DNA of 64,000 nucleotides from an uncultured delta proteobacterium (GTDB lineage Bacteria > Myxococcota_A > Polyangia > Haliangiales > Haliangiaceae). Positions 51,897 through 62,894 of this stretch are shown piece by piece. The DNA lies in NCBI GenBank assembly GCA_963743525.1, contig CAVUQH010000003.1, positions 928,001 to 992,000 of the forward strand, read 5' to 3'. The notes under the pieces were generated by a model that did no database searches, was not told where the DNA came from, and saw only the letters and a list, made by a program, of their open reading frames with translations. The position numbers and the translations under genes were made by a program. The first letter of the stretch is position 1. Each line of letters begins with the position of its first letter.

Positions 51897-51912
51897 TGCA
51901 GGCAGCGTGCCA
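51897..51912 (-). promoter_or_regulatory. Sigma54 (-24/-12) promoter driving the putative large ncRNA
   Basis: Minus strand TGGCACGCTGCCTGCA, one mismatch to TGGCACG-N4-TTGCA. Confidence 0.75.
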
Positions 51913-52123
51913 CTGGGCCCCAGGACCCGGTTTCGGGCAGTTGCGCGAGGTAAGTCATGGAGACCATGTCGCGTACAACGGCACCTCCTGTGGCCAACTT
52001 GTGATGTGCTTGTGAAACATCTCGCGCTCCGGACCCAGTCTCGGTGCGTTGCGTTTTGGTTCAACTGATCTTCAGACAGTCGAGTCCGGATTGTTGCACC
52101 CTGGGACGATCACAAAACGCGAG

Positions 52124-52200
52124 TTGTCCACATGACCTGTGGACCCTAAGTTCCGGATTCAAAAGCGGATTGATCCCGTTTTGTGCACCGCTGTGGACAA
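52124..52200. promoter_or_regulatory. Pair of inverted TTGTCCACA (DnaA-box-like) sites
   Basis: TTGTCCACA at 52124-52132 and TGTGGACAA at 52192-52200; weaker variants at 52138 and 52181. Confidence 0.4.
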
Positions 52201-52284
52201 GCTGAGAATTCGCTGTTGTCGCAATCGTCACTCTCGCCACATTTTGCAGCGGTTGGCGTACTGTCAACGCGAGTTAGGTTGACC

Positions 52285-52842
52285 GTGAACCTGCTGCACG
52301 ATATCGAGCCGCGCGACGAATCCGGACACGTGCGCGTCGTCGTCGAGGTTCCGGCCGGCAATCGACTGAAGCTCAAGTACGACCCGGCCCTCGGCACCTT
52401 CGTCTGGTCGCGTCTGCTGGCCGCCGGGGTCAGCTTCCCCTACGACTACGGCTTCGTTCCGCGCACCACCGGCGGTGACGACGACGCCCTCGATGCGCTG
52501 GTGCTGTCCGACGTCGCCAGCTATCCGGGAGTCGTGGTCCCCGGGCGGGTCATCGGCGCGCTGCGCGTCGAGCAGCAGCGCGACGGCAAGCCGGTGCGGC
52601 GCAACGACCGGCTGATCCTGGTGCCGCTCTACGATCACCACCGCGCCCACCTCAGCGAGGTGGCCGAGCTGCCCGAGCGGACCCGCGCCGAGCTCGAGGA
52701 GTTCTTTCGCGCGTCCCTGGTGCTGACCGGCAAGCGCGTGCGCCTGCGCGGCTGGGCCGACGCCGCCGAGGCCAATCAGCTGGTCGACGAAGCGGCCGCC
52801 CGCTACGAGGCCAGTGCCGCCGCCGCGATCGGCCGCGCCTGA
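52285..52842 (+). CDS. ppa: Family I inorganic pyrophosphatase
   Basis: [42 protein letters not shown]. Confidence 0.9.
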   Translation: MNLLHDIEPRDESGHVRVVVEVPAGNRLKLKYDPALGTFVWSRLLAAGVSFPYDYGFVPRTTGGDDDALDALVLSDVASYPGVVVPGRVIGALRVEQQRDGKPVRRNDRLILVPLYDHHRAHLSEVAELPERTRAELEEFFRASLVLTGKRVRLRGWADAAEANQLVDEAAARYEASAAAAIGRA

Positions 52843-54098
52843 TCGACGATCTCGGGGGCGCACATCAGCCGCACCCTCGAGATCGGCCGGCCGATCGGCA
52901 GCTCGCGCAGGAGCTGGCCGAGGGTGACCACGCCGTGGGTCGGATGGCCAATGACGTGCAGCTCGTCGGCCTGCTCGGCGGCGTAGCCGATCTGGCTGGC
53001 CTCGTCGATCTCATAGTAATAGGCGCCGTGGTCGCCGAAGTGCGACCGCGCCAGCTCGGCCATCGCCGGCGCCACCCGCTGGGCGACGTCCGGCTCGTCG
53101 CCCAGGTCGATCACCTTGAACAGACGCCGTCGCACCAGCCGGCCGGCCAGGTCGCGCAGGACCGGATCGGCCGAGGCGCCGGCGTCACCGTCGGGGCCGC
53201 GCCCGGCCCAGCGATCCAGCGCGGTGGTCACGGCGACGTCGTCGAGCCACAAATGTTCGGCCACCGAGATGCGCTCGCCCCGGGCCATGCGCGCGGCCGG
53301 ACCCAGCCCCGGCGGCGTCGCCCCCGCGCGGCACAGCTCGGCGAAACGGGCCAGCACCTTGATGAACAGGTGCTCGGCCGAGCGCACGGTCTTGTGGTGA
53401 TAGACCTGCGCGTACATGTACGAGCGGGCGAACAGGTACTGCTCGACCGCGTACATGCCGCGGCGGTAGTCGACCACCAGGTCGAGGCCGTCGTCGCCCT
53501 CGTGCACGCGCTCGACGGCCAGCGCGTGGAGAATCCAGTCGAGGTCGAAGGTGGCGTAGCCGGCGCCGCTGTAGTGGCCGTCGCGGAGCAGGTAGTCGAG
53601 GCGGTTGACGTCGAGCTGCGACGACACCAGCTTGCGGGCGAAGCTGGGCCGGTAGCTCTTGTCCCAGAACGACTGCAGCGTCGCCGGCAACCCCGGCTCG
53701 ATCGCCTCGAGCGCCGCCGACAGCTCGGGGTCCTCGGCGACGATCCGCCCGCCCCACTCCTCGTGCGACGACCCGCCCAGGCCGTGCTCCCAGGCGTGGG
53801 AGAACGGTCCGTGGCCGACGTCGTGGAGCAGGGCGGCCAGCTTGACGTGGCGGGCCAGCGCCGGGTCGAGCTCGCGACCCAGCTGCCGGGTCACCCGCTG
53901 GGCGATGTGGAAGGCGCCCAGGGCGTGGCCGAAGCGCGAGTGCTCGGCGCCGGGATAGACCAGCCAGGCGAAGCCGTCCTGGTGGATCCGGCGCAAACGC
54001 TGCAGCGGCCGCGTCTCCAGCACCGCCTGCAGCGGAGCATCCTCGCCACGGAACTCGATCAGCCCGTGTACCGGGTCGCGAAAGACGCGGTCGCGCAT
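52803..54098 (-). CDS. HD-domain phosphohydrolase (SAMHD1/YwfO-like dNTPase family)
   Basis: [62 protein letters not shown]. Confidence 0.92.
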   Translation of the reverse strand: MRDRVFRDPVHGLIEFRGEDAPLQAVLETRPLQRLRRIHQDGFAWLVYPGAEHSRFGHALGAFHIAQRVTRQLGRELDPALARHVKLAALLHDVGHGPFSHAWEHGLGGSSHEEWGGRIVAEDPELSAALEAIEPGLPATLQSFWDKSYRPSFARKLVSSQLDVNRLDYLLRDGHYSGAGYATFDLDWILHALAVERVHEGDDGLDLVVDYRRGMYAVEQYLFARSYMYAQVYHHKTVRSAEHLFIKVLARFAELCRAGATPPGLGPAARMARGERISVAEHLWLDDVAVTTALDRWAGRGPDGDAGASADPVLRDLAGRLVRRRLFKVIDLGDEPDVAQRVAPAMAELARSHFGDHGAYYYEIDEASQIGYAAEQADELHVIGHPTHGVVTLGQLLRELPIGRPISRVRLMCAPEIVDQARPIAAAALAS

Positions 54099-54140
54099 CG
54101 CGCGGCAGCATAGCACCCGCGCTGGCCGTAGAATGCCGGC

Positions 54141-54953
<813 letters not shown>

Positions 54954-55059
54954 GCCGCGCCGACTGGCGCGTTGTCGGAGGACCGGGATCCGTGTCATAC
55001 AGCCCCGGGCGGCCGGTTTCTTGCCCCCTTTTCGACAGCACACGTAGGGTACCCAGACG

Positions 55060-57306
55060 ATGAATTGCACCGCACCGCACTCCTCGATTCGCATCGCCGC
55101 CGCACTGGCGCTGGCCTTTTCCGCCGCGTGTGGCGGAGGCGAATCGGCCGACGGTCGCACCAACCCGGCGGCCAAGGTGCCCGGCAAGGATTCGCCGGCC
55201 AGCGGCAAGAAGGCCGGCGGCAACGCGCCGGCGGTGGCCGTGGCGCCGTCGCGCGGACCCGAGCACGCGGTCTACTCGCTGTACGACAATCGCCTGGCGG
55301 CCCACGAGCAGCGCGGCGGCGGCCTGCTGGTCAACGGCGGCACCGCTGGCTTCGCCAAGTACATGCGCTTCCGCTTCAAGGGACCGGAGTGGAAGCTCAC
55401 CCAGACCGTCAACGGTGAGCGCGCCGCGACGCTCGGCGGCAGCACCGGGCGGCTGTCGGTGCCGCTCACCGCGGCGCAGGCCAACGGCGAGGTCCACGTC
55501 CGCCTGCACGTGCACAACGGCGCCGCCCGCCGCCTGGGCCTGCGCATCAACGGCGACAAGAAGAGCGAGGTCACCGTCGAGCTGCAGGCCGGCTGGTCGA
55601 CGGCCGATGCCACCGTGCCGGCGGGTGCCTTCCACGCCGGCGACAACGAGATGTTGTTCTTCGCCTCCAAAGGCTCGCCGATGTCGATCGGCTGGATGCA
55701 GGTCGGCGGCGCCGCCAGCGACGATCCCGACCCGACCTTCCACGACGACGGCGCCAAGGCCCTGGTCCTGCCCCAGGGCGGCGGCCTCAGCTACTACGTG
55801 ATGGTCCCCGAAAAGGCCCTGGTGACCGCGGATCTGTCCGATCCGGCGTGCAAGATCGCCGTGCGCGCCGAGGCCGACGGCGGCGTGAAGGTCGACGGCC
55901 AGCTGGTCGGCGCCGGCTCCGCGGTCAACCTGTCGGCCCTGGCCGGCAAACCGGTGCGGCTGTCGCTGACCGGCGACGGCTGCCCGCGGGCGACCGCGAC
56001 CAGGGCCGCCCTGGTGGTGCCGGGCGCGGCGCCGACGCTGGCGCGCAAGCCGGCCAAGCCCAAGTACGTGGTCATGTGGATCATGGACGCGCTGCGCGCC
56101 GACCGCGTGCGCCCGTTCAACCCCAAGGCCCGGCCCGAGACCCCGGTGTTCGAGAAGCTGGCCAAGAGCTCGAGCATGTTCATGCTCAACTACGTCCAGG
56201 GCAACGAGTCGAAGAGCTCGCACGCGTCGATCTGGACCTCGCTCTATCCGATCAACCACCACTACTACCTCAACCAGAAGACGGTGAAGGTCAGCAGTGA
56301 GGACATCGACACGCTGATGAAGAAGGGCGGCTTCTACACCAGCGGCGTCTCCGGCAACGGCTACATCATTCCCAGCCACGGCTTCGGCAACAGCTGGGAC
56401 AGCTTCCACAACCACATCCACGAGCCCGGCGGGCTGACCGGCGCCGACATCATGAATCGCGCGCTCGAGTCGGTGAAGGGCAAGACCGACCCGTGGTTCC
56501 TGTACATCGGCACCATCGACACCCACGTGTCGTGGCGGGCCAAGGAGCCGTGGTTCTCCAAGTACGCCAACGAGCCGTACAACGGCCGCTTCAAGACCGT
56601 CGCCTCGGGCCCCGACGTGGGCAAGATCGTCGGCGGCGGCATCAAGGTGGATCAGGCCGACATCGAGCGGATCCGCGCCCTGTACGACTCCAACGTCTCG
56701 TACCAGGACGACCTGCTGGGCAAGCTGATCGCCCAGCTGACCGAGTGGGGCATCGCCGACCAGACGATGATCGTCGTCACCGGCGACCACGGCGACGAGC
56801 AGTTCGAGATGGGCCCGCGCCGGGTCGGACACGGCATCAGCCTGCGCGAGACCCTGGTGCACACGCCGCTGGTCATCCACTACCCGCCGCTGTTCCCCGC
56901 CGGCCTGGTGCGCACCGGCAGCGAGGTCATCGACATCATGCCGACCATCGCCGACGCCCTGGGGCTGCCGGCCGATCCGGCCTGGCAGGGCGAGTCGCTG
57001 ATCCCGATCGCCAACGGCATCGGCACCGGCTACCCCGACATGGCCATGTCGTCGCAGTACGAGGAGGCGCACACGGTGCGCATCGGCGACTGGAAGTACG
57101 AGTACGGTCGCCACGGCGCCGAGCTGTACGACGTGGGCACGAACCCGGACGAGAAGACCGAGGTCGCGGCCAAGGACCCGATCGCCTACCAGATGATGTC
57201 CGACGCCTTCTGGCTGCTGCGCACCTGGAACGCCGACTGGAAGAAGAGCGAGTGGGGCAGCGCGGCCAACGTCACGCCCGCCTTCGCCGCCGCGGTCGAC
57301 AAGTAG
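55060..57306 (+). CDS. Alkaline phosphatase/sulfatase superfamily lipoprotein
   Basis: Lipobox AAC; MDALRAD, SHASIWTSLYP, YDSNVSYQD, TGDHGDE, GHG..L...LVHTPL. Confidence 0.85.
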   Translation: MNCTAPHSSIRIAAALALAFSAACGGGESADGRTNPAAKVPGKDSPASGKKAGGNAPAVAVAPSRGPEHAVYSLYDNRLAAHEQRGGGLLVNGGTAGFAKYMRFRFKGPEWKLTQTVNGERAATLGGSTGRLSVPLTAAQANGEVHVRLHVHNGAARRLGLRINGDKKSEVTVELQAGWSTADATVPAGAFHAGDNEMLFFASKGSPMSIGWMQVGGAASDDPDPTFHDDGAKALVLPQGGGLSYYVMVPEKALVTADLSDPACKIAVRAEADGGVKVDGQLVGAGSAVNLSALAGKPVRLSLTGDGCPRATATRAALVVPGAAPTLARKPAKPKYVVMWIMDALRADRVRPFNPKARPETPVFEKLAKSSSMFMLNYVQGNESKSSHASIWTSLYPINHHYYLNQKTVKVSSEDIDTLMKKGGFYTSGVSGNGYIIPSHGFGNSWDSFHNHIHEPGGLTGADIMNRALESVKGKTDPWFLYIGTIDTHVSWRAKEPWFSKYANEPYNGRFKTVASGPDVGKIVGGGIKVDQADIERIRALYDSNVSYQDDLLGKLIAQLTEWGIADQTMIVVTGDHGDEQFEMGPRRVGHGISLRETLVHTPLVIHYPPLFPAGLVRTGSEVIDIMPTIADALGLPADPAWQGESLIPIANGIGTGYPDMAMSSQYEEAHTVRIGDWKYEYGRHGAELYDVGTNPDEKTEVAAKDPIAYQMMSDAFWLLRTWNADWKKSEWGSAANVTPAFAAAVDK

Positions 57307-57307
57307 G

Positions 57308-57616
57308 CTACTTGGGGCCGCGCCAGCGGAGGATGCGGTGCGGCCACGGCGGCAGGCCGTCGGCCGCGTTGCGCGCGGCGTCGCGGGCGGCGATGCGGGC
57401 GATGGTGTGCAGCTTCTTCTCCAGGTCGCCGGGGGCAGGGGCGCCGTCGGCGGCCAGCTCGACCTCGCCGCTGGCGGCCAGCGTGGCGGTGTAGGCGAAG
57501 CGCTCGGTCGGCGTGTAGATGGCGGCGCCGTACTCGGCGCGGGCGTCCACCGGCGGATCGCCGCGGCGCTCGAGCAGGAAGCGGGCTCCGTCGGTCGGGT
57601 GCAGGTCGTCAGTCAT
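57308..57616 (-). CDS. Hypothetical protein
   Basis: Coupled to the upstream nuclease gene; host-like codons; ends PPWPHRILRWRGPK. Confidence 0.65.
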   Translation of the reverse strand: MTDDLHPTDGARFLLERRGDPPVDARAEYGAAIYTPTERFAYTATLAASGEVELAADGAPAPGDLEKKLHTIARIAARDAARNAADGLPPWPHRILRWRGPK

Positions 57617-58418
57617 AGAGGTCGTCGTCCAGGCCGTCGTCGTCAACCGGCTCGTAGAGGGCGTCGTAGGCGGCGTGGCAGATGCTGCGGTAGGCGCAGC
57701 GGCCGCAGCGCACGCCGGGGTCGGGGCGGGGACCGTCGTCGACCGCCAGCGCGGCGGCCTCGATGTTGTCGTTGACCTGCGGCACCAGCCGCTGGTTGAT
57801 CTCGCTCTGGGTCAGCGGCGGCGCCCACTCGACGTCGGCGTCGGCCACCCAGTGGACGCCCAGCCAGATGCTGCGCGCGTTGCGGAAGGCGGCCGAGGCC
57901 AGCACCGCGTAGCCCTGCAGCTGCTCGGTGATGCGGTGGCTGGCGACGCGGAAGCCGGTCTTGTGGTCGACGATGGCCAGGCAGTCGGCGAACAGGTAGC
58001 CGGCGTCGAAGATGCCGCGGTAGAAGGCGTCGCCCGAGTAGAACTGCGTCGGCGTGAAGTCGGCCCGGACCGCCAGGGTGTACTCGACCAGCTGCCGGCT
58101 CACCCGCTTGCGCCGGCGGAAGTCGGCGATGCGGTCGAGGAAGCTGGGCACGCCGCGGGTGAGCAGGTCGTAGCGGCGCTGCTCCTCCGGGCTCTCCAGG
58201 ACGGTGCGGGCATCGGCGATGGCGATCTGCGCCAGGGTGCCCTGCAGGGCGTGCTCCAGCGCACTGTGCACCGCCTTGCCCACCCGGGCCTCGGGCATGG
58301 TCTCCTGCTCGGGAATCTTGTCAACGTACTTGTAGTGGAACTCGCGCGGACAGCGCAGCGCAGTCGAAATCTTGGACGCTGACCAGGGAGCCAGCTTCTG
58401 TGCGCGCCTGGAGGCCAC
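57609..58418 (-). CDS. PD-(D/E)XK RecB/AddB/Cas4-like nuclease with Fe-S cysteines
   Basis: WSASKI...CPREF, GKAVHSALE, RGIFD, IVDHKTG, QLQGYA, CGRCAYRSIC. Confidence 0.88.
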   Translation of the reverse strand: MASRRAQKLAPWSASKISTALRCPREFHYKYVDKIPEQETMPEARVGKAVHSALEHALQGTLAQIAIADARTVLESPEEQRRYDLLTRGVPSFLDRIADFRRRKRVSRQLVEYTLAVRADFTPTQFYSGDAFYRGIFDAGYLFADCLAIVDHKTGFRVASHRITEQLQGYAVLASAAFRNARSIWLGVHWVADADVEWAPPLTQSEINQRLVPQVNDNIEAAALAVDDGPRPDPGVRCGRCAYRSICHAAYDALYEPVDDDGLDDDLYD

Positions 58419-58546
58419 GACGGCTCAGGTTACCCGAGGGCCCCGAGCGGGTCGAGCGCCGCGGCCGACCCGCCGAAAAGTTGCCCGACCCACCGCCGGC
58501 GACCTATCACGTTTCGGCGCACGGCCGTGTGCGCGGAGGTGCCCGG

Positions 58547-59053
58547 ATGAACTGCGAAGTCTGCAAGGCCAAGGTGAGCGAGCTCCGCCGGGGGCGCTGC
58601 TGGGGGTGTTACAACCGCTGGGTCGACGCGCGACCGGTGGGTGTGGGTGCGCGCTGCTGCATCTGCAGCGAGCGCCGCCGAGACCATCTGCGCAGCGTCG
58701 AGCTGCTCGGGTCGTGGATCCCCATGTGCTACACCTGCTCGGGCCGGGCGATGCAGCTCGATCCGCTGCCGCAGAGTCTGGCCGCCATTCGCGTGGCGCT
58801 GGGGCGCGATCGCCGCGGCCCGGACCGCCGCTTCGGCAAGCGCGACACCCGCGTGTTCCAGTACGACCGCCGCGGTCCCGATCGCCGCGAGGGCCGGTCG
58901 CCGGCCGAGGACTGGATGATCATCGACGACGACATGATCCTCGAGATCGAGGAGATCCTCGACCACTGCGGCGACCGCGCGGCCGCCAGCGATCCGGCCG
59001 GAGACTTCACCTCCGACCTCACGCGCATCCGCGAGCTTCCGCTGGGCGACTAG
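58547..59053 (+). CDS. Hypothetical double zinc-finger protein with DRR repeats
   Basis: CEVC...CWGC and CCIC...CYTC; DRRGPDRR twice; GGAGG RBS. Confidence 0.7.
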   Translation: MNCEVCKAKVSELRRGRCWGCYNRWVDARPVGVGARCCICSERRRDHLRSVELLGSWIPMCYTCSGRAMQLDPLPQSLAAIRVALGRDRRGPDRRFGKRDTRVFQYDRRGPDRREGRSPAEDWMIIDDDMILEIEEILDHCGDRAAASDPAGDFTSDLTRIRELPLGD

Positions 59054-59065
59054 CTCGGCGCCGAC

Positions 59066-60244
59066 TCAGTGCGCGCGCGTCGCCGGTCTGGGCGGCTGCG
59101 CCTGGTAGGTTCGCGCCGCGCCGCCGCCCGACAGGGCGAAGAACGCGCCCGCGCCGGCCATCACCGGAATCACGCCGGCCATCGGCAGCACGCGGGACAG
59201 CTCCTTGTCCCACGCGTGCACCGACACCGTCCGGGTCCTGGGATCGTTGTCGAACTTCACCTGGAACTGACCGTCGCCGACCATCGAGTCGACCCCGGCG
59301 ATGATCTGCTTCTCGTACTTGGTGATCATCGCCAGCTCGGGCTGAACCTTGTCGAGGCTGGCCAGGATCGGCATCACCGTCTTGACCAGGCCGCGGGTGG
59401 TGAGGTGGCCGGCGCGAAGCAGGTCGATCGCGCCCTCGGAGAACATCTTCGCGTGGCGATAGCCCTCGTTGGTGCGGGCGATCCAGGTCCACGACACGCC
59501 GTCGTGGGCGATGGCCACCGCGGCGAACTTGTGGCCGGTGGCCAGGTCGCGCAGGAAGGCCGCGTCGGGGTCTGAAATCTCCTTGGAAAATCGACGCGTA
59601 GCCGCCCGCGACGGGGCCGAGGCGACGACCAGGAACGGCTTGGCGTCGAGGATCTTGGGCAGGTAGCGGAAGCGCGCCCGCGGGCGCCACGCGGCTTGCA
59701 CGCGCGCCTTCACCAGGCGGCCGTCGCCGAACAACAGATAGCCGTCCTTGGTCTGGCCGATGACCTCGCCGTCGGGGCCGGCCATCATCGATCCGTTGGC
59801 CAGCGTGTCAACCTTGCTGCCGCTGAGCTTGGCCAGTCGCTGCAGGAAGTCGGCGGGCACGGTGGCGCGAGCGATCGCCAGCACCTGCGGATCGCCTTTG
59901 CCAGGATAGGTCATCCACGCGGACGCCCACTTGACGTCGGTCACCGGATCGAGGCCGACGGTGTTCTTGATCATCGCGAGTCCGCCGTCGATCGCCTGCA
60001 CCAACTGGTTGGCCGCGGCGCGCGCGTTCTTGTCGCGCTTGATCTGCGGGTTGTTGGGCAGCGACTTCAGCGCCGCGTAGTTGTTGGGCACGAACGCGCC
60101 GAAGTTGACGTAGGCCATCGCATCCGGTCGCGCCGGCGCGTAGCGCAACACCTCGGCGGCGGGCGGCGCCGCGGGGTTGGGCTCGACGCCGATGTTGGAC
60201 AGCGACAGGAGGACGGTGAGCAGCTTGACGAATCCAGCTTCCAT
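59066..60244 (-). CDS. Hypothetical exported protein
   Basis: Long ORF with host codon bias; hydrophobic N- and C-terminal segments. Confidence 0.65.
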   Translation of the reverse strand: MEAGFVKLLTVLLSLSNIGVEPNPAAPPAAEVLRYAPARPDAMAYVNFGAFVPNNYAALKSLPNNPQIKRDKNARAAANQLVQAIDGGLAMIKNTVGLDPVTDVKWASAWMTYPGKGDPQVLAIARATVPADFLQRLAKLSGSKVDTLANGSMMAGPDGEVIGQTKDGYLLFGDGRLVKARVQAAWRPRARFRYLPKILDAKPFLVVASAPSRAATRRFSKEISDPDAAFLRDLATGHKFAAVAIAHDGVSWTWIARTNEGYRHAKMFSEGAIDLLRAGHLTTRGLVKTVMPILASLDKVQPELAMITKYEKQIIAGVDSMVGDGQFQVKFDNDPRTRTVSVHAWDKELSRVLPMAGVIPVMAGAGAFFALSGGGAARTYQAQPPRPATRAH

Positions 60245-60507
60245 GCTGCCGGCGAGCCTACCAGACACTCGGAGGCGCGCACGCCCGAGGGGCAAGGGGG
60301 CGGGAAGCACCCGTCCGTGTAGTGGTCAAAACAGCAGTTTCCGAGGCAGCTGTGGTGCCGAGACCTCACGCTCGCAGAAGCGATTCAAAAAATCCCATGT
60401 CAAGACTGGTACCGAAAATTCTCCGCGCTAGGATGTTGCACCTCGGAAGCGGAACGCGTCGTCGGGGGGACCGCCGCGCGGCGAAATCCAGGGGAAGGAA
60501 AGACACG

Positions 60508-60903
<396 letters not shown>

Positions 60904-60975
60904 TCGTCACCGCCGCTCGGTGGTGACGGTGGTTGGCGCTGGCTCGGCGCCTCCGATTGAGCTAGCTTTGCTCTC

Positions 60976-61467
60976 GTGATTCGGCGCAGTGTCCCGGCCG
61001 AGCACGGGTGGATTCGCGACCTGGCCGCCGAGGTCTACAACGACCTCGGCGACTACGGCTCCATCATTCCGGCGTGGATCGACCATCCCGGCGTGCTGTC
61101 CTATGTGGACGCCTCGGACGACACCGGAGAGCGCCGTGGCTTCGCTCTGCTGGGCTTCTACGAGCCGGAGGAGTCGGGGCCGTATGTCGCCGATCTGCTG
61201 GCGCTGGCGGTCGAGGAGCGGTTCAGGCGCCAGGGAGTCGGACGGGGCCTGCTGTCGTACGCCATCCGCGTCGCCGAGCTGGCCGGCCGCACCAGCGCCG
61301 TGGGCGAAATCCGCCTGACCGTGGCCGATGACAACACGGTCGGCCAGCGGCTGTACCGGGCGCACGGCTTTCGCGTGCTGGCCGAGGACCACGGCTTCTA
61401 CGACGGTGGTCAGCGGGCAATCCGCATGGCCCGCGCACTGTCGCCACGGCAGGCGATCAGCGCCTGA
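60976..61467 (+). CDS. GNAT (RimI-like) N-acetyltransferase
   Basis: LAVEERFRRQGVGRGLL, LTVADDN..GQRLY..HGF, FYDGGQRAIRM. Confidence 0.88.
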   Translation: MIRRSVPAEHGWIRDLAAEVYNDLGDYGSIIPAWIDHPGVLSYVDASDDTGERRGFALLGFYEPEESGPYVADLLALAVEERFRRQGVGRGLLSYAIRVAELAGRTSAVGEIRLTVADDNTVGQRLYRAHGFRVLAEDHGFYDGGQRAIRMARALSPRQAISA

Positions 61468-61469
61468 GC

Positions 61470-62894
61470 TCAGGCCGTCGCTTCAGGGGTGGCGGCGGGC
61501 TCGTCGGTGGCCGGGGGCGCGGTGGCGGCGGCCGGCTCGGCTTCGGCCTTGGCCTCGGCCTTGGCCCGCTCGGTGCGGCGGTCGGCGATGAACTTCATGA
61601 TGTACGGGAAGCCGACCTGCACCGTGTTGAGCTTGGGCGCCAGCTGCGATGACAGGCCGAACATGATCACCACCGCGCGCTCGACGTAGAACCAACCGGG
61701 CGGGTACTCGATCGACTTCATCAGCTGGCGCAGCTCTTCCTTCTTCACCTCGGGGTCGGCCAGCTGCTGGGCGACGTCGGTGCCGAGCTTGCTGAAGTCG
61801 GTGATGTTGAGGTTGAGCAGCTTCTCGAAGTAGGCGCGCACGGTGCGGTCGAGCAGGTCGCGGTCGCCGTCCTCGGCGACGAAGCCCATGGTCTCGAAGC
61901 CTTTGATCACCAGGGTGTCGTTCTTGGTCATCATCCCGGTGAGGATGTCGAGCATGCCGTCGGCGAGGTTGTCGGTGACCTCGCTGGCCGAGCCGAAGTC
62001 GAGCACCACCAGGCGCGGCTGTCCCTCGGGGCCCTTCTGCACGAAGAAGTTCCCCGGGTGCGGGTCGGCGTGGAAGAACTTGTCCCAGAACAGCTGCTGG
62101 TAGAAGACCTGCACCAGCTTGGTCGCCACGGCGTTGGGATCGAGTCCCAGCTCCTCGAGTTGTTTGCGGTTGCGGATCTTGACCCCCTCCATGAACGACA
62201 TGGTCAGCACCTTGTTGCTGGACAGGTCGTGGAGCACGGTGGGGAACAGAACGTCCGGGTCGCTCTCGAAGTTGGCGGCCATCCGCTCCATGCAGGCGGC
62301 CTCGTTGACGTAGTCGGTCTCGCGCTCGAGCATGTCGGTCAGCTGCTCGTGCACGCGCTCGATCTGTTGCACCGGGACGAACAGCTTGTAGATCTTGAGC
62401 GCCCAGCCCAGCACCTTGAGGTCGACGCGGATGATGGTTGCGACGTTGGGGTAGAGGATCTTGACGGCCACCCGCTGGCCGTCCTTGGTCTTGGCCTCGT
62501 GCACCTGGCCGAGCGAGGCCGCCGCCAGCGGCGTCTCGGCGAACTCGGCGAACAGCTCGCGTGGCTCTTTGCCCAGCGACTTGCGGAACGTCTTGACGAT
62601 GTCCTTGAACGCGCGCGGCGGGACCTCGTCCTGTAACGGCTCCAGCTCCTCGACGTAGGCGCGGGGCAAGAACGTGCCCATGACCGACAGGATCTGGCCC
62701 AGCTTGATGTAGACGCCGCGCAGGCGGACGAAGCCCTTGTACATGCGCCGGGCGTTGCGACGGTGCACCCGCTTCCAGCGGTTCTTCAGGCGCTGCTCGC
62801 CAAAGAGCCGCTCGAGCGCCATCTGCACCATGTAGCTCGAGAAAATCCTCCCGAAGACCCACATGGCGCGGATCAGTCGAATCAACGCCCACAT
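61470..62894 (-). CDS. ABC1/UbiB (AarF) atypical kinase family protein
   Basis: YIKLGQILS, LQDEVPP, AAASLGQVH, VAVKILYP, FFHADPHPGN, LDFGS. Confidence 0.94.
   Translation of the reverse strand: MWALIRLIRAMWVFGRIFSSYMVQMALERLFGEQRLKNRWKRVHRRNARRMYKGFVRLRGVYIKLGQILSVMGTFLPRAYVEELEPLQDEVPPRAFKDIVKTFRKSLGKEPRELFAEFAETPLAAASLGQVHEAKTKDGQRVAVKILYPNVATIIRVDLKVLGWALKIYKLFVPVQQIERVHEQLTDMLERETDYVNEAACMERMAANFESDPDVLFPTVLHDLSSNKVLTMSFMEGVKIRNRKQLEELGLDPNAVATKLVQVFYQQLFWDKFFHADPHPGNFFVQKGPEGQPRLVVLDFGSASEVTDNLADGMLDILTGMMTKNDTLVIKGFETMGFVAEDGDRDLLDRTVRAYFEKLLNLNITDFSKLGTDVAQQLADPEVKKEELRQLMKSIEYPPGWFYVERAVVIMFGLSSQLAPKLNTVQVGFPYIMKFIADRRTERAKAEAKAEAEPAAATAPPATDEPAATPEATA

Noticed and set aside
50896..52064. 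Short ORFs 50896..51267, 51047..51307, 51162..51605, 51584..52015 and 51753..52064
   Set aside because: No host-like third-position GC bias, RBS or recognisable motifs; better explained as shadows of a structured RNA
52081..52270. Replication origin
   Set aside because: Only two good DnaA-like boxes, no clear unwinding element, and no dnaA, dnaN or gidA nearby
57609..58418. CRISPR-associated cas4
   Set aside because: No array or other cas genes in the window; treated as a solo RecB-family nuclease
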